DNA from: Candidatus Omnitrophota bacterium
GTDB lineage: Bacteria; Omnitrophota; Gorgyraeia; B26-G9; JBDRCZ01
Assembly: GCA_043821285.1 (NCBI GenBank)
Contig: JBDRCZ010000029.1
Span: 14,959-78,958, forward strand
Direction of reading: 5' to 3'
DNA length: 64,000 nucleotides
Part shown: piece by piece, positions 1-12,000 of the stretch
Numbering within the stretch: the stretch's first letter is position 1
How the letters are laid out: each line of letters opens with the position of its first letter
The notes under the pieces: model-generated
Seen by the model: only the letters and a program-made list of their open reading frames with translations
The model's database searches: none
What the model was told of the DNA's origin: nothing
Made by a program: the position numbers and the translations under genes

Positions 1-3000
1 AGAGCTGCCTGATCACTCTTTCTTGCCTTGCGGCTATTTTCTCCGCTCAATGTTACCGTACGTAGGGCTTTTAATATTTCTCCTTTTAATTGTCCTTTAA
101 GACCATCAGATAACATGCTAAAATGTTGCTTGATTAAGCCCTCAACTAAGTTAGTAATTTCATTTTTAAACGCAGTTGCCTCCTCCCGTGCCTGGTTAAA
201 ACTCTGGTCAAGTATTGGCTGTTCAACACCAATCTCCTGTAATCGTTCTCTGCCTGCTTGGTAAAATTCTTGCTCTGCCTCGACCCAATCCCTCCCCTGC
301 ACGGTTAAATCAGAATCAGACAAGGTCTGGGCTAATCCTTCAATCCGCCAGTTGAGCCATGCTTCTAAGTCCTTAAATACCCTTTCTTTCTTACTCCTAA
401 CAACTCTCCCATTCCTAATTGTCATCACAATTATTTCACGCTCAGGGTCTTGTTCTAAATCCCTCCTTAATTCATCTACAGTTAAACTGGCATATCCGGT
501 TAAGGTATTTAAACGCACCTGATAAGGATTTTCCTGTTTTTGGTCATTTTCATCAAAAGCATTATTAGCAAAATGCGCTAAAGTTGAGTTACGCATTGCC
601 CGGGCATATTTTTTAATATAGGGATCTCGCAAACCACTGTTTAAAATTTTCTCAAGCTGCTGGTCAGCCTTTTGCATGGCCTCTTTTAAATCAGCGATTA
701 AAACCCGCAGCACGCGTTTGTCAAAATTAATACCCTGCGGCCTAAGTCCTAATTCTACTAACAGATTAAGCATTTGCTCTGCTTCTGCGTCATCAGCATT
801 GGCTATTTTTTCTAAATAAGCTGCTGGGTCTGGTTGCTGGCTAAGTTCTATTAATAGATTATGCACCTTTTTGTATTCTGGTTTTATCGCTAAATTTTTC
901 TGATCAGGATTGTTTATAAATGCATTCTTTTCCTGTTCAGTGATCATTTGATTATTCACTAAGGCAGTTAATAAATCTCCTAATAGTTCTTGCCTTTGTT
1001 GAGGTGAATCGTTATGCTCTTGAACATCTTTCTTATACTGCTTTATTCTTCCTTTTGCATCAGCAACCACCTGATCTAAACTATCCAAGGCTGCCTGGTG
1101 GGTATATTGGTTTAATTCATTAATCAGATTTTCAAATTGATGCTCTGATATTAGTAAATTGGGTAATTGCCTGGCTTCGGTAATTCTATTTTTAAGCTGT
1201 TCCTTAAGCGAGTCTTTTCCTGTACCCGACACCTGATCTAAATTAGACTGCTCAATAAAATCAGCAAAACCAGCCAACTGTTCATCGCGTACTTTTAGTC
1301 TCTCAATCGAAGGACTTGCCGGGTTAATCAGTCTGGCAATTGTCTGAGCTATCTGGTCATTACCTAAGTCTGCTAAAGTGAGTGGTTCATTCTCTGTTTC
1401 TCCGTCATTATCTTCTGGCCCGGCCTTAGATTCAGCCGCGGCATTTTGCTTGGTAATCAGGGCTTCAATTCTGGAAGCATATTCTTCCGGTAAATTTAGT
1501 TCATTTAATACCGGTAAAACGCCTAAATTTTTACTGGTTTGATTTAAAAGGGTATCAACGCTAATTGCTGCTTCGCCTTGGACATAGTATTTGTACATCT
1601 TTTTAGCCTGCCAGCCAAAAGAGAGTGGAGTAGATAATAAAGAAAGGGCCAGCATTGGGAAAGGCAAAGAAGAACCAGCACTAAATATTGAACTGATTAT
1701 TGGGATACTAATTGGCATGCTAACAAGACCAAGGATTATGGCTAAGCTTCCCAAAGGCAGTGCCAGTGAAAGTATATCTGTTCCAAGTTTCCTCACGAAT
1801 GATCCTTTTATTTTGTCCCACACTTCGTCTAACCATGATTTTTCGCCTTTGTTTCTAATCTGTTGAGAAAGCATTATTGCTCTTTGAAAATCACCGCTCT
1901 TCCATGCACTCGCAATCTCTGCATTCAGTTCCGCACGTTTTGCATTCAGTTTCGCGCGTTCATTTTGTTTGTCTGCTGCAAATAATCTATGTCCTCTTAA
2001 ATTATCTTCCATACCTAATACTGCCACCTGTGCTGACTGGGTGCGAGCAGTTTTAAATCCCGCCCAGGATAAACCCGCGCCTTCCTGCTGCCTTCCTGCT
2101 GCTTCCAGTTTTAATAAGGTATATGCTAATGCCTCAACATTTGCTGAAGTAGCTATCGCGGGATTTTGCTGCGTAAGTAGTGCCTCTGCCCGGGCTTCAA
2201 ACTCAACAAAACTCATCCTCTGCCCAGACTGTTCTACTGCTTTCTTAGAAAGGCCAAGGGTATTTGTAAAAGCAAACTGCTGGACACGGCTTAACGCAAA
2301 CCCGTCCTTTTTCACTTGCCGTCTTTTCTGCCAGCTTTCTATCGGCGCCTTATATACCTTGGGTTTGAGCATGGCTGCGGCAATCTCTTCTGGCTGGCTT
2401 AAAAATGTCTGGCTAAGCAGAGAACTTTCCTCAACCTCTTGTTTTGCCTCGTCAGTTAAGAAATTATACACTGTGGCCGCAATAATAAGATTATCATAAC
2501 TTACCTCAGGATTAAGCATGCCCAAGACAAAATCTATTACCTCTTCTTTATCTTGTGTATCATAATCCGCAAACGCGGAAGAATTAATAATATTTTCTGA
2601 TATAAAATCTAATATAGTTTGTGCCTGTTGGGGAGTATTTAGGGAAACGCCTTGCAAGGCTAAATCTTCTAACACCTGAGTAACGGGCGAGTCATTTGGC
2701 AGGAACACAGCTACGCGGGATAAAAGCTCAGGTGACCCACGGGTGCCATTTGAAAGAACGATCCGGTCAAAGTTTTTAAAAAGCTTGGCCTTTTCTGCTA
2801 AAGTAAGCCTGGCCTCCCCGCCTTTTCTGCGGGCTTGGTCAATCTGCTGGATAACATGAACCACGGTCCTATTCTGGCTGACATCATTGGCATGACTAAT
2901 TTCCTCGGATAAAATCCGGTCTAAGAACCGCCGGTGTTTGGCAACCGCAGTAATTTCTCGGATATTTACTGCCTCTCTAAAAGAGATATCTCTTCTCGCT

Positions 3001-6000
3001 TGTATTTTTTGATATCCTTCTGAGGTAAGGATACTCTCAGCAATATCCCTTAAAAGCGCGGCCCGGCTCTTTACCGCCTTGCCATAGTCACCTTTAGCAA
3101 TAAGGTCAAACAATTCCCGGGAAGAAGAAGCCACTCCCCGGATTGTCTGCTCAATAATCTCTTCCGCATTACGCGCATGATGACTTAATCTGAGATTAAC
3201 CTCAGCAGTATCTTTTTTATCTAAAATTGCTCTTAATTCTGCTTCTAAACTATCACGCTTTTGTTCTGAGGTTGCCAAACGCATCATGTGCTTTACTGGC
3301 TCAATCACCCCGCGGGAATAAGCGGCCTCGCGGATATGATGTACTAAGGCTGCAGAAAGCTCTTCACTTTGCATAAGTTCGGCATTGCGGATAAGTTCTT
3401 TTGCTTGGTCTTTTACTTCCCGGCCATAAGTTACTTGCATGCGTTTTAGTTCTTGCAGTCTTACCCCACTGGCGGTTTTTTCTCTTAAGGCACCTTTCAG
3501 ATAAAATACCCTTCTTAGACCTTCTGCTACATTTCTCCTGTTTCTGCCAATACCCTGATAAAGTTCTGATCTGGTCCAATTATGTCCATCCGCAATAACT
3601 AAATCAACAACGCCTATATAATCTATACCTGTTGCCCCTTTAACATTAGAAAGAATTATTCGATTTTGAGCATCATTAGCAAGGTCGCCGACTTTTTTCT
3701 CAGAGGCTGAAGTATTAATAAGCTCTATTGTTTCACCCAGATTATCATTCAAAAATTTTCTTACCAACTCATACATTACCGGATCTTTGACTAAGATTAA
3801 TACCCCCCGGCCATTTCTCCGGCTACTTACTATCTCACGGATAATATTTCGTATGATTGCTGGTTCTGATGCAAATCCACGCGTAACTACATCTTTATAT
3901 GTTGACGGGGTTATCTTAGCAACCCCTTTACCTAAGTGCAGCATATGCATAAGCTCAACTGTTTCTAAAGTACCAGATGCACCTAAAACCGAGGCCTGGC
4001 GGCCAAACATGCCTAATACCTCAGCAACGGTTGATTGGGAAGATGACTTACTATAAAATAATTTGTTCCGATCAACAATATCCGGACCATTTGCAGACTC
4101 TTTAGCATATAAAGCCGCAATAAAATACCGGTCACTAAACACCCGGTCCTCAGCAATATTTCCATTCTCAACCGGTTTAATCTCTTTGTCTTTTACATCA
4201 TATGTCTCTTGTTTCTCGGCAAACCTGGCATCAAAATATGCCTTAGCTGTTCTTTCCTTAATATTATGGGAGTTGATTATTTCCAGTGCCTTGCCATTTA
4301 AGCAATACTCCCCCCGATCCCGATAAACATAAGCATGTTCTTCTTTACGTGCCTCCGCAATATCCTGCGCTCTACCAATTTTTCCTTTTTCCGGCACACC
4401 TATTTCTTTTTGAAATATCGTATCTAATGCTTTTTTTGCATGAAATGCCGCCTCAATAAATTCTTTTTCTAACAGCAGCGATGTTTCAGAAGTAATATAA
4501 GTTACTTTACTGGAAAAAGGAATATGAAACTCATCAAATCTAACTACATCCTGCATGGCTAAGGCATCGCACAGCCGCTGATTTTTGCTTAAGCTTAAAA
4601 ACCCTAATCTGGTCTGGTCAACAACCACAATTTTATCCGGTGATAATAAAACATCAACCAGACCCTGTTCATTTCTCTCCGTATAATATTTATTGCCATC
4701 TTTTAATTCATAACCAAAAATGTCAACTAACTCCTGTAATTTAATTGATCCTTTTCCTCCATGCGCTTTATCACCCGCAAGCACGGTCTGTTCTGCTTCT
4801 CCGGTTTTTACAACCAGCAGTTGATTTAAACTCTTGCCCAGTGCCTTGGCTATCTCCCCTCTGACCAACATCTCCATAATAAAGCCTAAGGTCTTACCAC
4901 CACCAACTGCCTGATAAACACTATTTTCTTTTAACAGTTCTACAACCATCTTAATCTGGGCTGTAGATCTTTCTACATCCAGCAGGCCGGTTAACTCCTC
5001 CTTTGTTACATCCCGCCCCTGTTTCTTAAGCTCTAATTTTTTCGCTTCAATCAAATCCGCATGCGCCTTTTCAAAAACTATTCTTAATACTAAGCCGGTT
5101 AATCCTTCGACCATTTTTTCCCCACGGCCCGTAATTTCTCGCACCCTTTCTTGAACCGCGTCTTTGCTAATTTTCCCTTCAACAAGGATATCACGGTTAA
5201 ACTCAGTAATAATCTCGCCTTCTGCGCCTTGTAATTGTACCTTACCAGTCTCTTTATCAACAAAAACCTCAATCTCGCCAGATTCTAATCCCTGCACCAC
5301 TGCCTCAATCTCTTTACCCATCTTTCGCATGCCGCTGACAATCTCTAATTCTGGATAGAGCTTTATGAGCATTTCCACACCCATGTTCATTCTGGCAGAG
5401 CCAGCGATTAATTGAATTTCTTGTTTACCTAATATTCCTTCAACCCTGCGGTCAATTTGCTTATTTAATTCATTTATCCCCTGATTTAGCCGCTCAATTT
5501 GTTTATCAATCAGACGAACACTATTATCAAACGCTTCAATTCCCGTCCCGTTTTCTAAGCTATCTCTTCTTTCTGCTAACTGTCTACGTTTATCTCTTAG
5601 ATTATCAATTTTATTTAACAATTCATTTTTTTCCCGAATAAGCGGACTATGCTCTAATTCCTGTCTTGCGGTTTTTACTCTATCAATCAAATTACTAATC
5701 TCCGCATCAGCTACCCGGTCTAATTGTCTGATATAGGCATCTATAATATAGGTGCTTATATTTCGCGTGCTTAATTTCTCAGAAGTTAGCCCTTGCTTTA
5801 TGTTGCGCTCTAAGAGTGCTTGACCGCCAATGATTGTGGCCTCAGAAAAACCCTGGGGATTTTCACCAATTAATGCGTTTATATCCTTTAATATTTCTAA
5901 GTTGACCCGGTCCAGGGACTGGCTGATACTTTGCTGGCGTAAGGCAAGCTGCTGCTGGGTCTCACCCTTTAAATATGCCTGCTGATACTCTTGTTGTTTT

Positions 6001-9000
6001 TGATAATAATCGCGCTGTGTCTGGGTAAGTGTCTCAGCACCTTCTGCACTTAATCTTTTTTCAAGCCCTCGGGCATTGTAACGGTGTTCTTGCACATAGT
6101 CTACCAAGTGTCTTACATATTTTGTATCCTTAGGATTAATCCGATATACCTCCATTAACCCTTCAGTTATATTGCCCTCCAATCTATACGGCTCAAAGAC
6201 CTGCATAGATGCCTGCATCCTTAATGCCTCAGTAAGCTCTACTCTTAAAGGCGCCCGTTCACCAGAAGGCAGTTTTACCTCAACCAATACCTGATCCCCG
6301 ATCTGAACATCTTTATCTAACAGGCGCCGGGCATCCTGATCACCGACTAATTGTACCTCTTTACCTAATTTTTCTCGCAGAGTATCGCTTAAAGGTTTAA
6401 TTTCATTGTGGGCTCTAATCAAATTTCCTAACTCTGACAAGTTTAAAGAATTAACTCCCTTTATAAGTTCTGCACCAAAAGAATTTTCCACGCCTAATGA
6501 CTCTCTTCTTAGAGAATTTCTAAAAATAATTTCGGCATTAGAAGAATCTCCTGCTAATGCCTTACCGGCTAATTCCCAGTGAATATCGCTTCTGCCTTCA
6601 GGTTTGCCTTCTGCCAGCCATATACTATGAGCAAGAAATTTTTGTAAGTTATCTTTTTTGCCATCAGCCGCATATTCGCTTAAGTATTCTAACCCTAAAC
6701 GGATATCCCTGCCCACGGTAGCAAGATTGCCTCGGCTAAAATGCTGGGTAATCATATCTGTTTGCTGCTCCACAAAACCCTGTTCTCTTAAATAGTCTGC
6801 CACTACAGGCACTAATTCGCCCACCCTTTCTAAAACCTGCATTTCTAAATCTGCACCCTGACGTAATGCCTCTCTTAAACTCCCGTATTTCCTTACCGTG
6901 GCAAAATTCTTCACAGTTTTCTCGGAATTTATCTTGCCATCAGCTTCTCTTACGGTAAGCAACTCAGCGTTTAGCCGGTTTAGGTTTGGCTTCATAAATA
7001 GTAATGCCCAACCTAAAGCAAAACGTTCTCCTTCAGAAAATGCCATACCACTATATCTGGCTAATGCCTGCTCAAACCCACCCGCGGCCTGAATATCAGC
7101 CGCAGTCAATGCTCCACTTACAACATCTGCATACGCACCAGCTCTGCGCACACTCTGCAAACCCCGTTCAATACCGGTAACAAAACCCGAAACAAAGGTC
7201 AAAGATTTTGCCTCAAGCACTAAACCAGAGGCAATACTTAGGAAAGAATTATTTGCGGCCATGCCTCGGGCAAGCGAGCCTTCGATACGTGCCATTGGCC
7301 GGCCAATAAATGCGCGCGCTTTATTATATGCGCCTTCTCCAGCCTTAGCACGGGTGAGTGCTTGGGGAGATTTGCTAAGTATTTCATCAGAATGGCGCAT
7401 CATCACCTTAATCATCGGCCCCATAAATTTCCCTTCTTTTGCTGCAGCAAACCAGCTTATTGCCCGGTTAGCAGTAAAAAAGCTTCCCCAATCCAAAGGT
7501 AAATACCCCTGTTCCTCAGTCCCTTCTCTAAACCATGTATATTCATCTCCAATCTTAAACTGCCAAGAGGAGTTGATTAATTCTTGATTTCCCGTAAAAC
7601 GTCCAACTATTCTATCCGCTCCCGTTTCTAACACATGTATCCCCGTATCCCAGACAGGGCTTGCCATATTCATAACCATAGAAACAAACGGCCATTTTAT
7701 TGCCCCTTCTAACGCATCCAGGGCTAATTGGTTTATGCCATCACCTGTAAACGGGGTCTTGCTTCTCCTTAATAAACCAGTTTGTAATTCCGCAGTCTCT
7801 ACCCTGCTATAATCTCGCACGTGACCACCAATACCTTTCACAAACTCCATACCCTGCGGTGAAATTGCCCATTTAAATAGTATTCCAAGAAACGCACCTT
7901 TTGCAAATGCTGCGACAAATTCACCGGGAGTTGAACTGGCATTTAACCCGCCAGTAAGATAACTCCAAGCAATATTTCCAAATCCTCCAAGCGAAGCGAC
8001 GGTAAGACCTCCAATCACACGAGAGTTAAGTGTACCACTATAAATACCCTTATACGCACTTTCTCCAAGCCTATAAACTCTCGATAGACGAGTGCTATTA
8101 GAAATCCCCTGGTACGCTGTTGTCCCAAGATGATAGACTCTGGCCAGACGAACTTGACTTACCGCAGGATTAGCTGCACTCATCGCAGCAGTTGCTGCTT
8201 GAGATACATTTGCCACGCCGCCAAAAACACCCAATAATCCGCCAAGAATAAATCCGCCGATGAACCCTTTGGTATAAGTGTGTACATTTAACGGGTCAAA
8301 ATGAAATCCGGCATCTTTATTAATCCGGCCTTGATCATCAGTCTCATAATCCCAGCCAAAATAGCTCTTGGCACTAAGTTCTAAAGCCCCTAAAAATCCT
8401 TTATCTTCTCCCTGGCTAAACATCTGCTGGGCTAAGACATTATTCACCAACATATCAACATTACCAAAAACCGTACCCAAGTTAAGCCCTGCTCTTAAGC
8501 TGTGCAAGCCTATGCCCTTAAGTCCCTGGCTAGCCGTCTGGGTAAGCAAAACATTTGCCCCAGATAAGCCAAGCACACTCAGCGTAGTTGTGGCAAATAT
8601 TGCAATATTTTGTTCAAAGCTTAAAAATTGGCGATTATTAACCACAAAAGACGCAGCATTTGCGGCTGCAACTGCCGTAACTCCCATACTTGAAGCTGCA
8701 CCTACTCTGCTTGCAACAGGGGCTATTTTTGTTGCTATTGGCTCAAGTTTTTCCGCGAATCTGGCTGCTAAGGAAAATTTACCAGTAAGCTTCGTACCAC
8801 CCTTAGCAAGTAAAGTGCCGCCTTTAGCAAGCAAAGTACCGCCTTTTAATAACCCCCCACCAACAAACAGCAGTGGTACAGTAGTCGTCAAATCAACCCA
8901 ATCAAGAACACTGTATCCTCTAAAATCCAAAACATCCCCTTTATTCGGCAAAACTAAAGGAATAACAAAACTCATCGGGTTATGGGTCAATTGCATCCGG

Positions 9001-12000
9001 GTCATGGCAAAATCCATTCTTGCTTTAGCAAGAACAATATTTTGGTCTAATGTTTGTATCCTCTGTGCATATCCATTACTATTAATAATCATTGCCGCAG
9101 TATTACGTGCATCAGGGTCCTTAATCTTCTCTAATATTGCTGCTGGGGATATATCTCTAACCCTATCTACATGAGCTGGAGTTACCTCCCCGGGACTGCT
9201 GATGTAAGCCACAGGATTATCTCCATCACTATTTATTCTGGGGTCAATATAAACGTCACTCTCATTCATACCTACGAATTTATCGATATCAATCCCTTGC
9301 TTTGCTAATTGTTGTAATAATTCCACATAAACTCTGTCTTTTTGCTGATTTAAACTTGCCTTTTCACCAACCCCGCCAAAATAATCTCCAGTATCATTAG
9401 TCCCTACCGCAGATTCCCGGATACGTTTTTCAATCCCTGCCTGCAGTATTGCGCCAATATCCGCAAGAAGCTGTATATCTTGAATAAAATTATACAGGGT
9501 TGGATTGTTCGTGTAAAGCTCCTGCATTTTATTAGAATATGCATCCCGGGCACTTTTATAGTCTATGACAACTTGAGAACGTGCTTGAAGCTGCTCCGGC
9601 GTAAACCTCACAAGTTCCTCCGAAGAAAGGTCAAAGCCTGGGTTATCTATATATAAATTAAGCCGCACATCATACATGGTTCTGGCATGCTGCAGGTCTT
9701 GCCATACTGCATATGTATTTCCATAATTAGTCTTTAGCTCGTTTACTTTGTCATTATACTGTTTAGATTTATTCATATAATTATCTACCGCCGCATTATT
9801 ATATTTATTCTCATCACTATTCCAATACGTGGCAATCGCATCCTGCACTTGTCCATTTATTTTACGCACATCAAATAAGGCCTCGTAAGTTTCCAAAGAC
9901 GCCTTTGCTAAATTAACATCTGCAAAATGTGCGTCGTCTTGCTCCTGAATAAGTGCCCGAACTGTAGGATCATCCTTATATTGCGCTAATACATCTGCAT
10001 AATTCTGCTCCTGTTTCATCAGCTCCTCTATGGACTGATAAGTTTTCGGCATATTTTCCTTAATCATCTTTCTTGTCTGGCACTCCTCACGTAACACCTC
10101 AATTGCCGGCCTTGCCGCGTCCAGTAACTCCGCAAGCCTGCCGCGAGAAAAAATTTCCGGAGTAGTTTCGTCTAATAAACCCATGTATGATAACGCAGAA
10201 TTGGCATTGAATTTTATCTTCTGCACATCATAAGAAATAAGTGGGCTCTCAATATCTATATGCATTACCCAAAAGCTACCTGGCTGGGCTGGAGCATCGC
10301 CGCATTCTGCCTTTTTAAGTACAATTATTCCCTGGGTTGGGTCTAAGGTGTCTAATTCGTCTAACGCCTTTTTATAAGTAGTACTATTACGCGTATCACC
10401 ATTAGCTATTGCGGCCTTATATCTTTCTTCAACTTCCCCCCTTAATTCAATATTGATAAGCAAAAAAGTATCAGGGCTTGTAAGGTCATCCAGTTCTGGA
10501 GCATAAGCGCCTGCTTTTTCTCCTTGCGTTATATAACGACCTGTGTTTTCATCAATTGTACCTGCTACAACAGGTATCTTCTCTCTTGCATCCTTCCATA
10601 ATTCTGCTATATCCCTTCCGCCTTCCTCTTCTGCAAAACCCCAAACTTTATCCCATGCATCGGTTATTGCCGCACTTGCTCCTTCAAGTACCTTTTGAGC
10701 TGATTCTGTTAAGTTATACCATGCCTGTGCAATCCCCTGTGGTTTTTCATAAGCTTCTCTCGCTAAGTCCTCAGTTCCCGATCCAATTGCTAATTTCCAC
10801 AAATTATCCGTTGCCTCATTAGCTAGTTCCATTAAATCTTTTACTGGTTTTGGCAAAGCTAACCCTAAGTTGTGTAATGCCTCACCAATTGGTCCAAGCC
10901 CACATACTAATTCTAATGCTCCCGGTCCATCCTCTGCTGCAGTTGGATATAACTTTGTTTGCAAGTCAGAAATTCTATTCTGTTCTTGCTGTAATAAAGG
11001 AAAGTTGGTAAAAAGATTACTTGTTAGCGGTTCTAACTTTTGCCTTAGACCATATAATATATTCACAAGCGGATCATTTGTATCAAGACCCTTAATCTCG
11101 ACTCTTCCATCTTCCGTTTGTATTATGTCATATCTATTAGTTATCTCTTCTTTTTTTTGATTAAAGAAATTCATTAAGTTATTTAACCCTGGAATAGTTA
11201 ACTCGGGCAGGTTTGGTGGTTTTGTCTGCTGTAAATAGGCGTTTTGCACTGCTGGCATACCAGTATTAGGATCAATAGGAGCGGCTGTCTGTGGATTTGT
11301 TGGACCAAATATTTGAGGTAATTGTGCCATAATGCCACCAACAACACCAGTTACACCATTTAACGTATGTATAAAGCTAACCTGCTCATCTAGAGATAAT
11401 TTTGATTGATTAGCCGGCGCTTCACTTGATTTACCAGCCGTAAAATAGCTATTATTTAAAGTTTCATCATCCAATAGTGGGATGTATCCCATATTGTCTA
11501 ACTCATAGGTCAAAGAACTTGGCCCCATAAATAAATTTTTCAACCCCTCCCACCCCGGGATATCTACTTGTGCTGCGGACATTGTTACGGGTATGTATCC
11601 TATGGAATCATCTTCTGATATGTATCCTAAATCCCAGGTATCTGTATCTATCGTCGTTTCAGTTAGCGGTGCAAAAAGCATTGCTCCTATGTCTAAAAAT
11701 GACGGCTCTTCCGGGCTCCAGGCTAATGTGTCCTCAGAAGCAACTGGAACATTGAATAAATCTACAAAATTTCTTGCCCCATCCAAAAGGGGATCTAAGG
11801 TAACTTGAGTTAAATCTATATTTGGCAGAGCTAAAGGTGATTGCGCCTCCTTATTAAGGTTATCCCAGACAAAGATATTTTCTTGAGGAGAAGGTGGCTG
11901 CTGGGGGTTATTGAATAAATTTAAAAAATTATTTGCAGCACTGGCCGCACCATTTAAAAAATTATCCCACCATGAAGTTTGCGGCGCTGTATTTGCATCC

